The notes below the pieces were generated by a model, which saw only the letters and a list, made by a program, of their open reading frames with translations, was not told the DNA's origin and did not search any database. From Eledone cirrhosa (lineage: Eukaryota): a stretch of DNA of 64,000 nucleotides. The position numbers were made by a program, and so were the translations under genes. Location of the stretch: assembly GCA_964016885.1 (NCBI GenBank), contig OZ024741.1, positions 314,836,001 through 314,900,000 of the forward strand, given 5' to 3'. Of this stretch, positions 10,300 through 24,649 are shown one piece after another. The stretch's first letter is position 1. Each line of letters starts with the position of its first letter.

Positions 10300-13200
10300 A
10301 AAGAAGGCGGCGGATCGATCTTCACAATGGACTCGCTGGATAGCCGGATCCGTTCTACACGCGACAACAGGTGTTCGACATAACTTCACAAGTCAGTAAT
10401 GCACGGACACTGGACGAATGCGTGCAGAATGGTTTCGTCGCTCTGCGTGCATCTCGGGCAGGTCCGTCTGACAGCACTTCCGTGCTAGTAGAGTTTATCT
10501 CGAACCGGCAGTGCCCCCCCCCCCCCGGTAGAACTGCCAAGCGAGGGAATTTTGGAAATTATCCATCGTCCCCGACTCGAAAGTCCTCCGGAACAGACTG
10601 GCTAGTTCGACTTCGTCGACGCTTAGAGCTTCTCCGAGTGCGTCGTCGCACTTTCCCACCACTGATCCTCTATAGAACTCGGCGGGAGTGGAAGTTCCAC
10701 TGACCGCATTGCCAGCTTGGTAGAGGGCAGTGGGTGCCTGGCAACATTCCAGATGCCAGTCACCCAGTCTCGGTCTCTTCTTGACCAAGTACTGCAGCAC
10801 AGTCAAAGAGACGAGCTGCGGAATGGCTCGTCTGATAAACAGCGACCACACCTGTTCACCGTTTATGCAGTATATGTGGAGATGCCGCAGCCTCAACGCA
10901 TGTCTACGCATCATTAGCCACGGCGTGTCCAGCCCTCCACGTAGAGGGTGCTGGCAGCAGATGGACCGCCTCACCAGTGGAACCTGTCCCCTCCAAAATA
11001 ATTTGAAGAGGAACCGTTCCAAGTTCCAAGAGGCGCGAACGGGGGCAAAGGACGCCGGTCAGGAGGTAGTAGATGACGGACGCGATGTACGCTTTCGCCA
11101 TTTCCGCCCGACCTTTCAGTGATAGTTTCCTCGCAGCCCATTTCTGGGCCAATTCGAATCCACCTGGAGGTCAAGCCCGAACCAAACCCCGAGCAACTTT
11201 AACAGTCCGTCCGTCCAGCGCCCAAGGACGCTGTTTTGCGGCATGGACTTGCCTCTCCAGGTGCCGATTTGCAACCCCACCGAATTTTCCGGTTTAAGTT
11301 TTGCTGCAACCAACCTTTCATATTCCTCCAATAAGTTACCGTCCACCTCGATTTCCGTGGTATCCGACCCCATCAGGGTGATGTGGTCCGCATAAGCCGA
11401 CACAGCCTTTCTGCGTCCTGGTTCGTGCGGGATGCCCTGCAACAGCTCCAGCTTTCGCAGTAAAAGCTCGAGAGTCAATAAGTACAGGAGGGAAGAGAGA
11501 GGGCACCCTTGACGGACCGATCGGGAGAGCCAAAATGGTTCCGAGAGGTGGCCATTAACTTTGACAACTAAACAGATGCCGATGTGCATTGTAGCGGTCC
11601 GGCTTCTGAAGATGTGCCGAAGTCAGCAGCCTTGAGGACAGCCTCCAGGTACCAATAGTCGACCCTATCGAATGTTTTCGATTGATCTAAATTGATCATG
11701 CCCCACCGAGCCAGGTTTACACCCAACCCTCTCTATGATGTATCGCATCAGGTTGAGGTTGTCGTGTATGGACCTGTGGGATTGCGCAAGTTTGCGCTTC
11801 CCCATCCAAATCCTCGACGACAAGCGCCAACCTCTTCGATAACACCTTGGTCAAAATCTTAAACTCTGTGCTGAGCAAAGATATGGGACTGAAATTGTGT
11901 AATGTGTCACTCTTGTTCTCGTCTTTCCTTATCAGCGTCACTACAGCACGCCTCACAGTACCTGGGAATATTCCCGTTCTGTTGCCAGTTGCAGTAGAGC
12001 GCTTCGAGGAAATCCGAGAACAAGTCTGGCCTATTTACGTAAAGCTCGTCGGGCAGACCATCCAAACCGGGTGACTTGCGCCACATGCAGCAGACAAGGG
12101 CATCCTGAATCTCGGCTGAAGTAATCGGCTCTTCGCAGCGATCAGCGTCGGCTGTCAAGAGTTGCGGCAAACCATCAAGGTAGGAACTGAAGTCCGCCAC
12201 CGTCTCTGACCCACCACTTCCCCCGAACAACTGAGAAAAATGTTGGCAAAAGGCCTCACACATCCGCTTGGAGTTATTTAGCTCGTTTCCGTCTCGTTCC
12301 GTCAAAGACCGAATTGTAGTGTTATTACCACGCTGCGCCTCTACCACGCGGACCCATCGAACAGCTTTCATTCCTTCGTTTCTCAGAGCACGCGCCTTAG
12401 CTCTGACAATACAACCTTCGTCTTTCTCATCGAAGAAATGATCTAATGCCATTTTCACCGTTAGCACGTCAGTTGGAATGCCACTACAAATAGCCTCGTC
12501 TAACTTATATACCAATGCCCCCTTCTTTCTATTTTTCTCTAACGCTACTTCTTTGCTAAACCCTATCGACATTACTCTAATCTCTCTTTTGAGAAACCCT
12601 CACCATCTAATGTTATTGACGACTCCCCCTGACAACTTTTTCTTAACTAAATTGTTGACCCGGTCCCTGTAAGCCTTACGTGTCGGAAACGACATGGCAG
12701 CATCCAGTAACCAGATCCTAACCTACGCATATTATCTAGGTCGACCATACAGATCACAAACTTGTGATCTGAATAGGCGACCGTATGTAATTTTGGGCAC
12801 CCTATGCTATCCTTATCCATTATTCTAATTAGAAACTTAAGTACTATCTAGATGTCCCTAAACGATTTGTCCAGTTCCACACTGGCGCATTAGGGAAATC
12901 TAGTCGCTACCTGTCAGAGAGTTGGAACTGGCTGATCAGGTACTTGAGGCTTTTACACCCCCCGCACATATCGGATAATCCCACACAGTCCCAGTGTGCA
13001 CCTAAGATGCCGTTCCAGTTCCCCGCTAACAGTAAAGGGCGAGACGTACCCAGAAAGGCTTCCAGGCATCTAAAGAAATCTAGCCGTTCTGCCTCGGTAG
13101 GGTCGCAGGCGGCCACCAGAATAAAGGCACCACCTTCGCTATTGCTCACGTCCAAGACCACCAACTTACTGTCCGGGTCCAAGAAGATCGACCTTACCTC

Positions 13201-13428
13201 GAGAGCCAGGGCTTTCCTAAACAGCACTGCCACCCCACCTCCTATTCCCGGCCGACTGACCGATGAGAAGATCTGATAGTCGTCGAAAATGGGGCTAGTG
13301 CGCGCGTGAACAAAATCCTGGTCTCGCTGACGGCAATTACATCCATTTCTCGAGACCTGAGGTCGTTGAGCGGGTGACCCTGCTTCCAGGTCACGAACAT
13401 TTAAGCATCCTACTCTTAATATGGCCAT
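10300..13428 (-). pseudogene. Tx1/L1 ORF2 (APE endonuclease + RT), several frameshifts and stops
   Basis: GCLNVR, LLLAGNWN (GDWN-like), YSDHK, KSPGLDGLP, PISLLSTEFKILTK, RQGCPLS, AYADH (YADD-like), KLLGVWF. The 3' end is approximate. Confidence 0.87.
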
Positions 13429-13554
13429 GTTGGCAGGCTTAAACAGAAAGCAAACGTTAACTTAGCTCCCGGAGTCTTGTGAACGTCGGGTGGTTGGACC
13501 TCCATAGTTTATGGGATTTCTTTGGGAACCCCTTTTAAAGCCTATTTGAGGCTT

Positions 13555-15362
13555 TTACACTGGGTGTTCCCACGTCGTTGGGGAAGCTCTCCTTATTGTT
13601 TTATAATCGTTTAGTGCCATTCGTACCAGGAACATTTTTTGTGGCACCTTGAAGGTGCAGGTATTAAACGCCTCCCCCTCTTTCTCTATTTCCTTACTTC
13701 GTGTTATGAGGTTCTGTAGTTTTGTGTTCGATTTCCTCACTAACACGAAGTTAGGTGTTGTTGTGGTTGTAAGTTGTTGCTGTGAGTGTTTTCTTTTAGT
13801 TGTTTTTGTTAGTGTTGTTGGTGGAGATGGTGTTTGTGTTGACGGTGGTGCTGTTGAGGGGATGGATGTTGTAGTACGTGTGTCTCTGTTTGGTGCGAAT
13901 GTGTCTTTTTGTTTGTTGATGTGTGAGATTTCTTCTTGTCTTGATTTTTTGGCTTTTGGTGTTCCTGTTCATCTTCGCTCAGTGATGAAGAGGTTTCTGT
14001 GTTTGTGTCAGATGTAAGTGGCTGTGCATGTATGGGTGTGTGTGTGGGGGGGGGTGTTGAAGTGTGGGGTGGGGGGAGCTTCTTTGGAGTGGCCCATGGG
14101 TGGTCTTGGTGGTCTTTGCAGTTGTTGTTGTTGGTTCTGCTGGTGTTGCTGCAGATTTTGTTCTTGGTGCTGTTATTTCGCGATGAGGTCCCGTCGTCGG
14201 TAGCAGCAGAGACTTTTGACCCCCTGCATTTTTCAACAGCTGAGGGCAGATGGCTCGTCAGTGTGTTGTTCCGCCGCATCGGAAACATTGCGGCCTTTTC
14301 CCTCAGCCATCATTTGTAGAGCCGTCCCATTTTGGAGGCGGATCTGCTCCGGAATTTTCTGCATTTCTTCAGGTTTGATCTGGAGATACTTCTCCAAATC
14401 AACCCCGGACCAGTCCTCTCTTCCTGCCCTGGTTACCTCTATTGGGACGGCATCTGACTCCTCCACAATCACGTATCCCAAGAGCCACCACATATCTAAT
14501 CCAGGTGGAATCCTGGAATGCTGATTCTAATCGTTCTTTTTCCCATGGGGGAGGGGTACATAATAACCTTGCTGGTTTTGCAAGGGGTCGACGAGTGCTT
14601 CAAAGCGAGAACCTCCGACGTATACCGCACCGAGATAGTGCCGTAATTTCGCCCCTTCGCTACGTACTCTGTATCTCCTCTTATGCACCTCAGCGCAGCA
14701 TCGACATCTGCTTGGGGAGAGTTTGTGGCTCTTTTCGTCTCAGTTGAGATGCATCTTAAGACCAGAGTCCTCTTCTCCACCGCTTTTACGGCTTCTGCCG
14801 GGAAAGTTAAGTTGGCCAAAGTTTGCTCCTGTTTGATGAGCTTCCATAACTGGGCCAACTTTGTCTCCTTGTTTGTCAAGTCCATGTTGAAGCATGGCCT
14901 TTTCTTGGTTGCTGCCACAGCGAAAGTGTTCTTGTTGTCGTTGGTATTGTTGTTATTGGTTGCGGTGCTGCTGTTGTTGGTGGTGTTTTTCGTTGTTCTT
15001 GTTGGTGTTGTCGTTGTTGCAGACGTATTGTTCTTGGAGCTGTTGTTGGTGTTGCTGCTGCTGTGGCTACTACTACTACTGGTGTTGTTTTTACTGCTGC
15101 TGCTGCTGGTACGTCGTTTGTTGCCAAATGCATCAGCAGCAGCCACTTCTCGACCGCCACTTGATAAAAAAGAAGATGAAACGGCCTTTGCCTGACTTAC
15201 ACTACGTGACAATGAAGAAGATGAAAATAGAAGCGAGACTCCACGCTGACAGCTTGGTGAAGAACAAAGTTTTGAGTGAAGACAAGGTAGAGAAACGGAT
15301 TTTTTGAGTGACGCCATATTTCTATTTGTTTTGTGGGCGTATTTGCCAAATGCAAAGTTCAA
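13555..15362 (-). pseudogene. Tx1/L1 ORF1 (gag-like), frameshifted
   Basis: S/T/N-rich N-terminus, then a globular region, then CFRCGGTTH*RAIC (CX2CX4HX4C) at about 14245-14290 on the minus strand. Confidence 0.75.
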
Positions 15363-16187
15363 ATTGTAATTTAGCCACGAAGTGCTAAATACTGATTAAT
15401 TTCGACCACCTCAAGAGAAGCGGGGTGTGTTTAAACACTAAACAATATAAATTTTACAATAAGTTCTCAATAAAAACTGTTCAAAAATCACAAACATACG
15501 GGAGCAAAATTTCCTGCGATGTGTTTACTTCCACAATAAAAGTAATAAAAACAATAATAATAATTTATTTGTTTTCGTTAAATGTAAGAATATCAGTGAT
15601 AAATAATGCAGAAACTGATAAGTAGTGTAAAGGCTTTAATATTTTTGAATGTAATTTTGCTACTTATATTGATTGTTACTTCCATATGGTTCCGGAACAT
15701 TATATTCAAATATAATCTCTATGTGTAATGTAGTGTATCAATATAATATTATGTATATCACCGTTTGTAAAGCCCTCCGAATGACTGAAGCAATTCAATA
15801 AAACCATCCCGTTTTCCCCCTATGGTAGACACAACACCAGAAAACACACCATAATAAGTCAGATAAACAAACAGAAGTGTTGGCCCTTAATAATGGGGGA
15901 GAAGTTACATCTTCTTAATTCATGTTAATTTTCCCACGTTCCGTCACCTCGGAATATCGACACAATAAAATCTACTCTCAAAGACGGCATGTTACAATTA
16001 ACATGCCGGGAGTATGAATATTCGTCTACATACGATTTGGGTTTTAATCTTCGGAGTAATCTCATGGTAAGCCAACATCCAGGTCATTCATCATCAGATT
16101 TTTTTGTAACTTATCACCGATTCCTGCAGTTGACCTTAATGTGACCTAAGCGTATGCAAGTGTTTTGAATCAATATCAGTGGATGTG

Positions 16188-16219
<32 letters not shown>

Positions 16220-16999
16220 GAATGTATGAATAGTATATTTGGCAATATATCGTATGTTTAATTAAACACATTTAGATGACCATTCGCTATGAGTTTTAAA
16301 GTAGTGACTATGCCACTTACTTATTTTCGGCGAAAATAAAGGGAGAGTGATTGACAGTCTGTTTTTCGCTTGTTGGCGTTTATCAAACAACACACTCCCC
16401 TGCGCTACATGGAAGAATATCACAAATAATAATATATTCTGTAATTATATAGGTGGATATATGCATATATATTACATTAAAAATTACAGATATCATGTTT
16501 GAAAGAATCTCAAACAAGCGCCCTGTCACCTGTAGAAGCTCAAAGCAAGTTTCTAAGCAATATATCAATCATTTTTTATAAATTATTGATTGACATTATA
16601 CATATATATCGAATGGCATGCATGCATAAAATAACATATCAAACTTTAACATGAGATAAACTGTAGAAAATGTAAAAACACATAGTTCCTTAAGGTAACA
16701 TATTAAAATGTAACAAAACAATTTCAAATAAAGATACCTGGCAGAAAATTAGTTATATTCCTTCCTATGTTTCCCGCTATAGTTATGAAATACGTTTCAC
16801 TAAATATAAAGTGTAGTTCAGTGATCAATCAGGATCCTCTGCGAAGGAAATCGCCTGCCGACCGGCCGACCGATACTGGCAGTCAACAAATGGACAGACT
16901 ACAACTACCACGTCTCTTACCAACAAACTTACCACTAACAGAACGCAAAGAATTGGACGCACTGGTGCGTTTACACAAACCCACCATTCCTTCTCTCTA

Positions 17000-17700
17000 G
17001 TGTGAAAGACTAATACGAACTTTACATGACTGCAACAATGTCAGCGCACACCACGCGCTTGATAGAGATTAGTGTATTTCAATTGTACGCATGTAGCAGA
17101 TAAAGAAGTCCACACATTGTTCCATTCCTCGACATATCTCTTTACTCTCGGAAAACTCTCCTATCGATGTATATGAAATCCGAAATCCTGAACAATCAGT
17201 CGACCTTTAGATATCCGGATAAACGATCGTCCACGAAACTCGCGAGCCACGTAGACTCAGGCGTAGGTTACTCCATCCAATGGAAAGCTATCAACAAGTC
17301 GAAGCCATACGCAAGAGGCTATCCGTCTTGTGGACTGTGCATTGAAGAACAGATCAATATTCTGAGAAGAGTACGTAATAGAGATTGCCTAAATTCAACG
17401 AATGGGCTTTTCCAAGTTGTCCACACGTCTGGAAACACATATTGCATAATTACTAAGCTCCGGGTTGAATAACATGAACATTCTAATATTCTAATCAACT
17501 CGACTAATTCATTCCGGACTTTCGCAGTTATCTCCCTTACACCTTTCGACCGTCGGATTATATCCCCTGGGAGAAGTGACCGTTTCTGATCATGCGTATT
17601 CACACGGTTATCTTTCCTTTTCCGTACAACCACACTCAGACCAAGCCAAAGATCCGCAAGCTGAAACATTTGTTCTTGGTATGGTAAACTAACTGTTGTG
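17000..17700 (+). mobile_element. Old Penelope-like remnant (GIY-YIG C-terminal half plus 3' UTR)
   Basis: ORF 17167..17472 has KRSSTKLASHV..YSIQWKAI..PY..CGLCIEEQINIL, the same pattern as the PLE endonucleases at 31.5 kb and 57.8 kb. Confidence 0.65.
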
Positions 17701-17850
17701 AGTGATACTACTTTACTTCTACCAAACTCGTCCCATGGACTGAGTGCTCTACTACTGCGGATATAACCCTCCAGTGTTCTACTAATATATATATATATAT
17801 ACTGACATTTAACGACAATAATTCAATATATGTATATATATATATACACA

Positions 17851-17909
<59 letters not shown>

Positions 17910-17914
<5 letters not shown>

Positions 17915-18020
17915 AACGAGTAGGACCCCAACGGCTGAGCTCAAGCCGTTTCAACGGCTAATTCTGAATTAGCCGTGGAAACGGCTTGAGCTCAGCCGTC
18001 GGGGTCCTACTCGTTCCTAT
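17910..18020. repeat. 111-bp near-perfect palindrome beside (TA)n
   Basis: 55-bp arms, 1-nt loop, 2 mismatches: ataggaacgagtaggacccc...ggggtcctactcgttcctat. Confidence 0.95.
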
Positions 18021-18099
18021 TACCCAAACTACTACACTAAGTATTGAGTACTTTGGTGTGTTATGGTCCACCTGGTTCCTTACCACTTTTCCTTCGTTA

Positions 18100-18135
<36 letters not shown>

Positions 18136-18138
<3 letters not shown>

Positions 18139-20328
18139 CGTTTCTGAATTTGTTTAGCAAGATTCTTTATCTGAAATCGTGTGTTGAAACCGATATTGTT
18201 ATACTTTGGGAGGGTCATGTTGCCAATAAGAAACACGCACCAGTTGCTTTCACTTCAATTTATTATAATAAATTTATAATAAATTTATAAATTTCTGGTT
18301 GGTTGGTTGGTTCCACAACCAGATAGTTGTTTATACATAGTCATAGTTCTATCGTCACACACTCTGTGACCTCTTCAGTGACTGGGGATTCCTTTCTTTG
18401 TTTCTGTGCCTCTCCTTTGTTCTGTCCTACGCCATTTTGTTTCTGTGTGTGTGTTGTTTGCTCAGTCTGCGCATGCGCCACATCCGGGTGACTGTGTGTG
18501 TTTATGTTCATTTATTTATTTGTTTATTTACATGTTACTGGTTGGTTGTTTGTTCTATGTGTGTGTGTGTTTTCATTTTGTCCTTAATTGTAAGTTGTGA
18601 TGTTGCTGTTCCACTCATATTTTCTATTTAATTTTGGTTGTAATTCTTTTATGTTTATTGCCTCTTTAATTTGTCTAAACATTGCGTCTTTTTTGTGTGT
18701 AGATTCTATTTTTATTTCTATGTTCTCTAATGTATCCTTGTGTTCTATTTTAGCATGTTGGTAGAGTACAGATGATTCTTTACTATCTTGAAGGTCTCGC
18801 CAGTGTTCATTTATCCGTTCCCCTACACTACGAGCTGTTTCACCTATGTACACTATATTTTTGTCTCTACATTGTCCTTCAGTACATCTTATGCTATACA
18901 CTACATTTCTAGTTTTACAGTTAATATGGGGGCTTATTTTACAGGTTATACATTTCTTATCTATACATGAGGTTCTTTGAAAAGGATATGTCTTGCCAAT
19001 AAGTGTTTTTACGGAGGTACCTGGTCTTTCTACTATCTTAATATTGAGTTTATGTTTATTTAGGGCCCTTCTAAATTTGTAAGCTAATTCACCTCTAGGG
19101 GTTGTATCGATGAACATTAGACTCTGGTATTTATTGCTATCATACCATGAGTTTATTCTATTAGCCTTGTTCCTAGTTCTTTCTATTCTATTCCAAAATT
19201 TGCTCCTATACAAGGGGCAGGTCCCATTTATGTCATTATTTACCATTTTTTCCCATTTGGTTCTGGCTCCTCTATACACTCTGATTTTATATCTCTGATT
19301 GTAGCCAGAGAACTGCATACGGTGGTGGAAGTGTTGTATGTGTCTCTCTAGTTCTTCGGGGTTGCACATGCGGGACACATTTCTCATCACTCGTACCAAA
19401 TCCGCAATCAGTATGTTGATTTTGGTATGGTCCGAAACGGCCGTGTTTCGGTGGATCAGATGTTTGGAAGTCATGGGTTTGGCATAATGGGAATGGAGGA
19501 TTTGTTTTTTGTTGTTAATGGTATCTAACCAGAGCTCTGTGTCTAGTACAGGTAATCGATGGTTGGGGTGTTTACTTGGGTAGTCTATAGTAACTCTAAT
19601 GCTCTGGTGGATGGAGTTTGCTATTTGCTGGATGCTTTCCATCGTGTTTTTCTCTAGTTCCTGACTGTTCTCTAGTGGGGGTGTCTTAACTACGATGTTT
19701 ATATCATCAACGTAGCGGGAGTACATTATCATGTTTAAGGGGTCTTCTAATTGTTCTTTAAGTTTAAGTTTAAGTCAACTGTCCCACCATACCATGAATA
19801 AGTTAGCTATGTCGCCTGCAATGATAACACCAATGGCTGCTCCTTCCTCTTGGGCATATCTTTTTCCATTAAATTTGAACATATGTTCCTTAAGGGTTAG
19901 TTTTATGCTGGCCCCTACCGCATGTGCAATCATTTTCTTCAGTTCATCGTGGTTTTCGGGTGTCCGATTGGCTCTGGTCCACCCGTTCCATCTATCTGTG
20001 TGGGTTTTCTTGGCCATTGAGGTAATGGTAGGTGGTCTGCCTCTTGCTGGTCTTATAGGGCACAGGTTGCTAAGGTCATATGTGTCTAGGTAATTATTAC
20101 TATAGGTAAGCTTAAGTAGGAGTCCCAGCTCACTGGTATCAATCCCACGGAACTCAACCTTTCTCTCACTGATCATTTCTACGCATTTCTCCACAGCAAA
20201 ATCCACGTCAATAGATGGATACAGGGACACAACATCCATACTGCCTATTATGCAGTTTGTTAGGTCCCTAGATCGGTTACTCACGCAGATTCTGCTGAGG
20301 AGGTCCTCCGTGCTGTCACATACATCTG
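18136..20328 (-). mobile_element. Penelope-like element family 1 (probably Neptune-like), inverted 5'-truncated copy
   Basis: SMDVVSLYPSI, YAQEEGAAIG, RYVDD, Cys-rich linker, VYSI..YIGETARS..ER..EH GIY-YIG; single stop at 19775-19777. Confidence 0.92.
18339..18383 (-). ncRNA. Hammerhead ribozyme motif of PLE family 1, core mutated (GAAA to GATA)
   Basis: Minus strand reads agtca CTGAAGA g gtcaca gagtg tgtgac GATA gaa CTA tgact. Confidence 0.6.
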
Positions 20329-23300
20329 AAGGTAAATATGATTAGTTGTCTGTCAAGAAGGTAAATATGATTAGTTGTCTGTCAGAAATAGAAAAAACAT
20401 TTACAAGACTACGCTGGAGCCTCAAAAACAAAAACAAAAACAAAAGCAACAATATACGCACACACATATACAACACACATCCCAACAACAACAGACACAC
20501 AGACACACAGACACAAACAACAATAACAACAACACACACACCAACAACAATAACAGCATACCCAGAAACAACAACCACAGACACGCAGACACAAACAACA
20601 ATAACAACACACACAACAACAATAACAAACACGGAGACAACAACAACACACATCAACAACAGCACACATCAACAACAACAACAACACACACACACATTCA
20701 ATGCCTCTCACCACCACCACAATCTTAACAAGCACACAGACACAGAAAACAAGTAATGACAGTAGCACAGAAATCACAGAAATAAGGGAAAGTAATAGGA
20801 TTAAAAAGAGAAGGGAGACTAAGGACAAAGAGAATAACCAAGACGAACACACAGACACACAAAATAGGGTAGATAACAACAATGAGCCAGTGGAAAGAGA
20901 CAGGAGTAATTATGAGAGACATAGAAACAACCATGAGGCTGTTGGTGGAAATAGAAATAGAAACAACACAACTAACAATAACAATAGCACTAGTACACAT
21001 AAAGCAGCTGCCTGGAACTCTACGTTTTATAATCCCTCCGATAAATCGTTCGACCTGCGACGAGTCCACGCCACGACTTTACCATTTAACAAACGCACGC
21101 AATTGCCGTCGCAGGTCGATGAACAAACAGAAGCACAATTTAGTATAGCTAGATCCGAACTTAGAAACATTATAGAACAGTATAGCAAGAAGCATAATAG
21201 AATGGAGGCCCAGCAACTGGGAGAAAAATCTGCAAATGGCTTGCGTAAGCTCATGCAGCGCTCACGTAATGGAGAGATAGCATGCTTTCCAACAGACAAG
21301 TCTGGCAGAATGTCGGTTGACAGCCTGCCAAACTACATCCAGGCAATGCAACCCCACATCACTAACACAAGAGAGGTAACACCACAGGAGCATGAGGATA
21401 GAGAAAAAGCCCTCAATGCCCATATGGTGATGTGGACGAATATAATGCAGCCCAACAAAAGGACTGCCAACAACTTCCAGGCCTGGATCAATGACGTGCC
21501 GGCGTTGTATGGGCTTCGAAAAGACCATAAAACGGGTATATGACCCTATCGCGGGACCACCAACACGGCCAGTCTGTGGAGCTAACATTGCTAGTAACTA
21601 CAGACTGTCCTACTTCCTCTCCCTGATCATACGCCCCATCATTGAAATGTCCCCAGATGTATGTGACAGCACGGAGGACCTCCTCAGCAGAATCTGCGTG
21701 AGTAACCGATCTAGGGACCTAACAAACTGCATAATAGGCAGTATGGATGTTGTGTCCCTGTATCCATCTATTGACGTGGATTTTGCTGTGGAGAAATGCG
21801 TAGAAATGATCAGTGAGAGCAAGGTTGAGTTCCGTGGGATTGATACCAGTGAGCTGGGACTCCTACTTAAGCTTACATATAGTAAGAATTACCTAGACAC
21901 ATATGACCTTAGCAACCTGTGCCCTACAAGACCAGCAAGAGGCAGACCACCTACCATTACCTCAATGGCCAAGAAAACCCACACAGATAGATGGAACGGG
22001 TGGACCAGAGCCAATCGGACACCCGAAAACCACGATGAACTGAAGAAAATGATTGTACATGCGGTAGGGGCCAGCATAAAACTAACCCTTAAGGAACATA
22101 TGTTCAAATTTAATGGAAAAACATATGCCCAAGAGGAAGGAGCAGCCATTGGTGTTAGCATTGCAGGCGACATAGCTAACTTATACATGGTATGGTGGGA
22201 CAATAGACTTAAATTTAAACTTAAAGAACAATTGGAAGACCCCTTAACCCTGATAATGTACTCCCGCTACGTTGATGATATAAACATCGTAGTTAAGACA
22301 CCCCACTAGAGAACAGTCAGGAACTAGAGAAAAACACAATGGAAAGCATCCAGCAAATAGCAAACTCTATCCACCAGAGCATTAGAGTTACTATAGACTA
22401 CCCAAGTAAACACCCCAACCATTGATTACCTGTACTAGACACAGAGCTCTGGTTAGATACCATTAACAACAAAAAACAAATCCTCCATTCCCATTATGCC
22501 AAACCCATGACTTCCAAACATCTGATCCACCGAAACTCGGCCGTTTCGGAGCATACCAAAATCAACATACTGATTGCGGATTTGGTACGAGTGATGAGAA
22601 ATGTGTCCCGCATGTGCAACCCCGAAGAACTAGAGAGACACATACAACACTCCATCCACCGTATGCAGTTCTCTGGCTACAATCAGAGAGATAAAATCAG
22701 AGATAAAATCAGATAAAATCAATATAGAGGAGCCAGAACCAAATGGGAAAAAATGGTAAATAATGACATAAATGGGACCTGCCCCTTGTATAGGAGCACA
22801 TTTTGGAATAGAATAGAAAGAACTAGGAACAAGGCTAATAGAATAAACTCATGGTATGATAGCAATAAATACCAGAGTGTAATGTTCATCGATACAACCC
22901 CTAGAGGTGAATTAGCTTACAAATTTAGAAGGGCCCTAAATAAACATAAACTCAATATTAAGATAGTAGAAAGACCAGGTACCTCCGTAAAAACACTTAT
23001 TAGCAAGACATACCCTTTTCAAAGACCCTCCTGTATAGATAAGAAATGTATAACCTGTAAAATAAGTCCCCATATTAACTGTAAAACTAGAAATGTAGTG
23101 TATAGCATAAGATGTACTGAAGGACAATGTAGAGACAAAAATATAGTGTACATAGGTGAGACAGCTCGTAGTGCAGGGGAACGGATAAATGAACACTGGC
23201 GAGACCTTCAAGATAGTAAAGAATCATCTGTACTCTACCAACATGCTAAAATAGAACACAAGGGTAAATTAGAGAACATAGAAATAAAAGTAGAATCTAC

Positions 23301-23801
23301 ACACAGAAAAGACGCAATGTTTAGACAAATTACAGAGGCAATAAACATAAAAGAATTACAACCAAAATTAAGTAGAAAATATGAGTGGAACAGCAACATC
23401 ACACCTTACAATTAAGGACAAAATGAAAACACACACACACATAGAACAAACAACCAACCAGTAACATGTAAATAAACAAATAAATAAATGAACATAAACA
23501 CACACAGACACCCGGATGTGGCGCATGCGCAGACTAAGCAAACAACACACACACAGAAAAAAAAATGGCGTAGGACAGAACAAAGGAGAGGCACAGAAAC
23601 AAAGAAAGGAATCCCCAGTCACTGAAGAGGTCACAGAGTGTGTGACGAAAGAACTATGACTATGTATAAACAACTATCTGGTTGTGGAACCAACCAACCA
23701 ACCAGAAATTTATAAATTTATTATAAATTTATTATAATAAATTGAAGTGAAAACAACTGGTGCGTGTGTTTCTTATTGGCAACATGACCCTCCCAAAGTA
23801 T

Positions 23802-23808
<7 letters not shown>
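20329..23808 (+). mobile_element. Penelope-like element family 1, longer direct copy, frameshifted
   Basis: SEIEKTFTRLRW, PTDKSGR, LYGLRKDHK, RPVC, RT and GIY-YIG motifs across ORFs 20346-23415; 3' UTR ends in (TA)n. Confidence 0.93.
23617..23661 (+). ncRNA. Minimal type I hammerhead ribozyme motif in a PLE 3' UTR
   Basis: Stem I agtca/tgact, CTGAAGA, stem II gtcaca/tgtgac, GAAA, CTA cleavage triplet. Confidence 0.75.
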
Positions 23809-23890
<82 letters not shown>

Positions 23891-24024
23891 TATATTGGAA
23901 AATGTGTGAAATCCTTGGTACAGTTGGCTATATTGAAAGAAAAAGAAAATAATGACTTTACCTTATATATATATATACATATCAGGTAAAGAGCAATTAA
24001 GTTAGTCCGGAGAAGGAAAAGGTG

Positions 24025-24085
<61 letters not shown>

Positions 24086-24086
24086 G

Positions 24087-24179
<93 letters not shown>

Positions 24180-24450
24180 AGATTTGAATGGATACAGTTT
24201 AGTTGAAAGGAATTTATTGACACGTGTTTCTATAACAGTTACATAACCTAAAACAGCTATCTACAAACTTTTAGTTATGCAGACATTCAATATTTCAATT
24301 TACTGTCATTTCATCAGAATAATATTACTGAGGACCTATTTAGTTTTTATAGAGAATATTAGGAAGGAGGGGTGAAGTTGTTAGAAGAATAGTTGAAGGA
24401 GTGGTTTTTCGATAGCAGTGAGAATTTATATTACAACACAACGGAAAATA

Positions 24451-24576
<126 letters not shown>

Positions 24577-24588
24577 TGTATATATGTA

Positions 24589-24649
<61 letters not shown>

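Larger units (their letters stand above)
9776..15530 (-). mobile_element. Tx1/L1-clade APE-type non-LTR retrotransposon, full span but decayed
   Basis: ORF1 with a zinc knuckle is followed by ORF2 APE+RT fragments in the correct order. Boundaries are approximate. Confidence 0.88.
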
